From Mycobacterium tuberculosis H37Rv (GTDB lineage Bacteria > Actinomycetota > Actinomycetes > Mycobacteriales > Mycobacteriaceae), in assembly GCF_000195955.2 (NCBI RefSeq), contig NC_000962.3:3480001-3512000 (forward strand): DNA of 32,000 bases, written 5' to 3'. Below the pieces are notes generated by a model. The model was not told the origin of the DNA. It saw only the letters and a list, made by a program, of their open reading frames with translations, and made no database searches. Shown piece after piece: positions 29,118 to 32,000 of this stretch. A program made the position numbers and the translations under genes. The first letter of the stretch is position 1. The number at the start of each line of letters is the position of its first letter.

Positions 29118-29546
29118 TCACTGGTCGCCGTTGGCGTCGGCTACGTCATGCCGCACAACTCGCAGCTTGCCTGGCGCCAGGCACGCGGCGTATCCGTGGT
29201 ATTTGCCATACAGTTCCCATGCGGTGACGCGATCATCGGGGTGCACGTCGATCTGATGACCGTCGGAGAACTCAAGATGGAGATCTCCGGTGTCATACCA
29301 GACGAAAGCTGTGCAGGTTGCCCCGGCGAAATCGAAGAGCGGACGCTCGTGGTCGGCTGGGTCGTTTGGGTCGATGGCGACCACTTCTGCGGGCGAGGTT
29401 TCGATGGCCGGCAGAGTCAGCTGTAGTGGTACCGAGATGACCAGCTCGTTGTAATCGTCGAAGTTCAGCACCAGACCGTCGCGGAACATAATCCGCTGAA
29501 CCGCACAGCCCTCTAACCACTGCTCGGTCATTTCCTGTTCGGTCAT
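29118..29546 (-). CDS. Hypothetical protein (Rv3142c-like)
   Basis: The ORF is 29118..29675. Plausible ATG starts are at 29546 (142 aa) or 29531 (137 aa). I could not assign a motif with confidence. Confidence 0.55.
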   Translation of the reverse strand: MTEQEMTEQWLEGCAVQRIMFRDGLVLNFDDYNELVISVPLQLTLPAIETSPAEVVAIDPNDPADHERPLFDFAGATCTAFVWYDTGDLHLEFSDGHQIDVHPDDRVTAWELYGKYHGYAACLAPGKLRVVRHDVADANGDQ

Positions 29547-29653
29547 ATATTCACTCTGGCCTTGTTGTGCCCATATGTCACGTACACAACCGCCGAAATC
29601 TCGTGCGGGATTACACCCTAGGCGTCCGATGGACACCAGTACCATCTGACACC

Positions 29654-30055
29654 GTGCCCGACTCCAGCACCGCATTGCGGATCCTCGTCTACAGCGACAA
29701 CGTCCAGACCCGCGAACGGGTGATGCGGGCCCTGGGCAAACGGTTGCACCCGGATCTGCCCGATTTGACCTACGTCGAAGTGGCTACCGGTCCGATGGTG
29801 ATACGCCAGATGGATCGGGGGGGCATCGACTTGGCCATCCTCGACGGTGAGGCGACACCGACCGGAGGCATGGGAATCGCCAAACAGCTCAAAGACGAAC
29901 TTGCCAGTTGCCCGCCCATCCTGGTGCTCACCGGCCGTCCGGACGACACCTGGCTGGCCAGCTGGTCGCGGGCCGAGGCCGCAGTGCCGCATCCCGTCGA
30001 CCCCATCGTGCTGGGCCGCACGGTGCTCTCACTGTTGCGCGCACCCGCCCACTAA
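29654..30055 (+). CDS. Receiver-domain-only response regulator (Rv3143-like)
   Basis: 133 aa from GTG 29654. It has a CheY-like fold (RILVYSDN ... DLAILDGE ... PILVLTGRPDD) and no output domain. Confidence 0.85.
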   Translation: MPDSSTALRILVYSDNVQTRERVMRALGKRLHPDLPDLTYVEVATGPMVIRQMDRGGIDLAILDGEATPTGGMGIAKQLKDELASCPPILVLTGRPDDTWLASWSRAEAAVPHPVDPIVLGRTVLSLLRAPAH

Positions 30056-30087
30056 CCGGACGCGGCCGGCATTCGCGGCGCGAACGT

Positions 30088-31317
30088 TCAGCCGCCCCGC
30101 ATTTGAATCTTCGGGTCCTTTCTTACCCGAGGTCGTAATTGGCCCGCTGCCGCTTCCGGCCGCAACGACGGCGCTGTCTCCTCCGCCGCTGAAGTCTCTG
30201 AAGCCTGCTGACCTTGCGCGGTGCGTAGTGTCGATTCCGGAATTCCAGAACCCGCGGATTGGCCTACCCGCGTTGTCGACAGCGGAGCGGCCTTGGCCGC
30301 AACTTTCGGATCCACAGTTGGCAGCACCCCCATTGCTGGAACTTCAAGTTCTGGAACTTCCACAACGGCTTCCGGTGGCGCGGAAGCCGCCGGCTCTGGC
30401 GCTCGAGCTGACTCGGTGGCAGTTCCCGGGGCAGAGTTAGTGCCGCCACGTGCCATCTGACCCAGAGCGGCGAGCGCGAGCGGGGCACCGATGAAGCCGG
30501 GGCTCACAACGCCGGCATGGGCACTGGTAGCGCTCGACGCGACGACGTCTCCGGCGCCAACATCGCCACCGCCGAAATTCCCTTGGCCTACACTGCCATG
30601 GGCCGGATCACCGGCCGCTAACCCGGCGCTAGCCACGCCGCCTCCGACGTAGCCGACGCCCCCGCCGCTAGCGGTTGCACCTCCGGTGCCGACGCTCTCA
30701 CCGCCGCCGGTGCCGACGCTCTCGCCGCCAGTAGCGCCGGTGCCGACGCTCTCACCGCCAGTAGCGCCGGTGGCGCCGGCACCCAAACCCGGAAATCGCT
30801 GCAGCAAACTCGCCCACGGCACCACTTGCGCGGCAATCGCCGATGCCCCGGAGTAGTACCCCGACATGGCGGCCACATCCGCGGCCCACATCTCCTCGTA
30901 CACACCCTCGGCGGCAGCAATCAACGGCGCGTTCTGCCCGAACAAATTCGTCATCACCAGCTGCACGAATGCGTCGCGGTTGGCGGCCACCGCCGCCGGA
31001 AGCACCGTCGCCGCCTGCGCCGCCTCGAAGATGCTGGCCACTGCGCGCGCCTGTCCCGCCGCCCCGGCCGACTGAGCCGCTGCCGCGGTCAACCACCCCG
31101 CGTAGGGAGCCGCCGCTGCCGCCATCGCCAAGGCTGCCGGACCCTGCCACGCCTGACCCGCCAGCCCGGCCGTGACCGACGCAAATGATTGCGCCGCGGT
31201 CCCCAACTCTTCGGCAAGCCCGTCCCAGGCTGCCGCCGCCGCCAGCATCGGCGCAGTGCCTGCACCGATGAACATTCGCAAGGAATTGATCTCCGGCGGC
31301 AGCACGACGAAACTCAC
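30088..31317 (-). CDS. PPE52: PPE family protein
   Basis: 409-aa ORF ([20 protein letters not shown]...). Confidence 0.95.
   Translation of the reverse strand: MSFVVLPPEINSLRMFIGAGTAPMLAAAAAWDGLAEELGTAAQSFASVTAGLAGQAWQGPAALAMAAAAAPYAGWLTAAAAQSAGAAGQARAVASIFEAAQAATVLPAAVAANRDAFVQLVMTNLFGQNAPLIAAAEGVYEEMWAADVAAMSGYYSGASAIAAQVVPWASLLQRFPGLGAGATGATGGESVGTGATGGESVGTGGGESVGTGGATASGGGVGYVGGGVASAGLAAGDPAHGSVGQGNFGGGDVGAGDVVASSATSAHAGVVSPGFIGAPLALAALGQMARGGTNSAPGTATESARAPEPAASAPPEAVVEVPELEVPAMGVLPTVDPKVAAKAAPLSTTRVGQSAGSGIPESTLRTAQGQQASETSAAEETAPSLRPEAAAGQLRPRVRKDPKIQMRGG
30685..30768. repeat. Tandem repeat inside PPE52 (24 + 30 + 30 bp units, GGTGCCGACGCTCTCRCCGCC...)
   Basis: The units are 30685-30708, 30709-30738 and 30739-30768. 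On the coding strand they encode the repeated [10 protein letters not shown] peptide. Confidence 0.85.
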
Positions 31318-31373
31318 AGCTCCCGTCCTTCCGCTTCGCTGCTCGATGCCACGCCGACCTCAATACGGCCAAC

Positions 31374-31409
31374 GATTAACCGGCAAATGCCGAGATTAAC
31401 AACAAATGC
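31374..31409. promoter_or_regulatory. Two direct repeats GATTAAC-N2/3-CAAATGC phased 20 bp apart
   Basis: GATTAACCGGCAAATGC (31374-31390) and GATTAACAACAAATGC (31394-31409). This is an AT-rich patch 57-92 bp upstream of the PPE52 start and ~275-310 bp upstream of nuoA. Confidence 0.5.
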
Positions 31410-31681
31410 TGCGCTTATCAGGGGGTTAGACCAACATTCATACAATTCGCCGGGACGCGCAATCCCCAGTTTTGCTTCGCAGCGACCGACGCCGGACCCA
31501 GCCACGGGTTCTGCTTCGACTCGCACAGGTATGCACCAGCCTGACCCCGGGAATGTGGGGTGGCCGTTGCGCGACTATGTTGAAGGTCACTGTGACGGCC
31601 CGAAGCCCCGGTTCGTCACGGCAGCCCGGTCACCGCCCGGCCGCCGCGCTGGCGGCCCCGTACGACGGATCATGGAGCGAG

Positions 31682-32000
31682 TTGAACGTCTACATACCCA
31701 TCCTGGTACTGGCGGCGCTGGCCGCCGCCTTCGCCGTGGTGTCGGTGGTGATCGCGAGCCTGGTCGGCCCGTCGCGGTTCAACCGGTCAAAGCAGGCCGC
31801 CTACGAATGCGGGATCGAGCCCGCTAGCACTGGAGCCAGAACCTCCATTGGCCCCGGCGCGGCGAGCGGGCAGCGGTTCCCCATCAAGTACTACCTGACC
31901 GCGATGTTGTTCATCGTCTTCGACATCGAAATTGTGTTCCTCTACCCGTGGGCGGTCAGCTACGACTCGCTGGGCACGTTCGCGCTGGTCGAGATGGCGA
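31682..32000 (+). CDS. nuoA: NADH-quinone oxidoreductase subunit A (5' partial, runs off the window)
   Basis: TTG 31682 has GGAG upstream. My translation reads (M)NVYIPILVLAALAAAFAVVSVVIASLVGPSRFNRSKQAAYECGIEP...FPIKYYLTAMLFIVFDIEIVFLYPWAV, which is typical NuoA. The ORF is absent from the track because no stop codon falls in the window. Confidence 0.9.
   Translation, partial: MNVYIPILVLAALAAAFAVVSVVIASLVGPSRFNRSKQAAYECGIEPASTGARTSIGPGAASGQRFPIKYYLTAMLFIVFDIEIVFLYPWAVSYDSLGTFALVEMA

Noticed and set aside
31189-31827. 212-aa plus-strand ORF covering the PPE52-nuoA intergenic region and the start of nuoA
   Set aside because: It is out of frame with the clear NuoA translation starting at TTG 31682, is Arg/Pro-rich, and overlaps the PPE52 5' end. 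It is spurious.

Overview
This window is Mycobacterium tuberculosis complex chromosome with H37Rv-like gene order (locus names are recalled from memory, not searched). It runs from the distal part of the moa1 molybdopterin locus (Rv3113, Rv3114, IS1081, moeB2, cysA3, sseC1, moaE1, Rv3120, cyp141, moaR1), past PPE49, into the DosR/DevR dormancy core (Rv3126c to Rv3134c, with tgs1, two Acg-type nitroreductase paralogues and devR-devS). It continues through PPE50/PPE51, hisN-like Rv3137, pflA, fadE24-fadE23-fadB4, Rv3142c, the receiver-only regulator Rv3143 and PPE52, and ends in the first ~106 codons of nuoA. I support about 35 protein-coding genes, one intact IS1081, and several decayed mobile or repeat-family remnants: an IS200/IS605 TnpA-like tail, a frameshifted and deleted DDE transposase (Rv3122/Rv3123), a DDE integrase gene with two in-frame TAG codons (Rv3128c), a PE_PGRS micro-remnant, and a REP13E12/DUF222-like N-terminal fragment (Rv3126c). 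I saw no rRNA, tRNA or CRISPR array. I do not see a coherent novel multi-gene system, and this locus is well studied. The observations most worth a second look are: (1) Rv3129 looks like the 3' part of a frameshifted ~151-codon PPOX-type gene; (2) a perfect 28-bp palindrome over the fadE24 promoter region; (3) a ~33-bp direct repeat bracketing cyp141 plus the IS remnants; (4) unannotated IS200-like and PE_PGRS-like remnants; (5) extended IS1081 boundaries with a 12-bp flanking repeat that carries the moeB2 Shine-Dalgarno; (6) a 20-bp-phased direct repeat in the PPE52-nuoA intergenic region. All coordinates were read by eye from the sequence. No GC content, alignment scores or database hits were computed.
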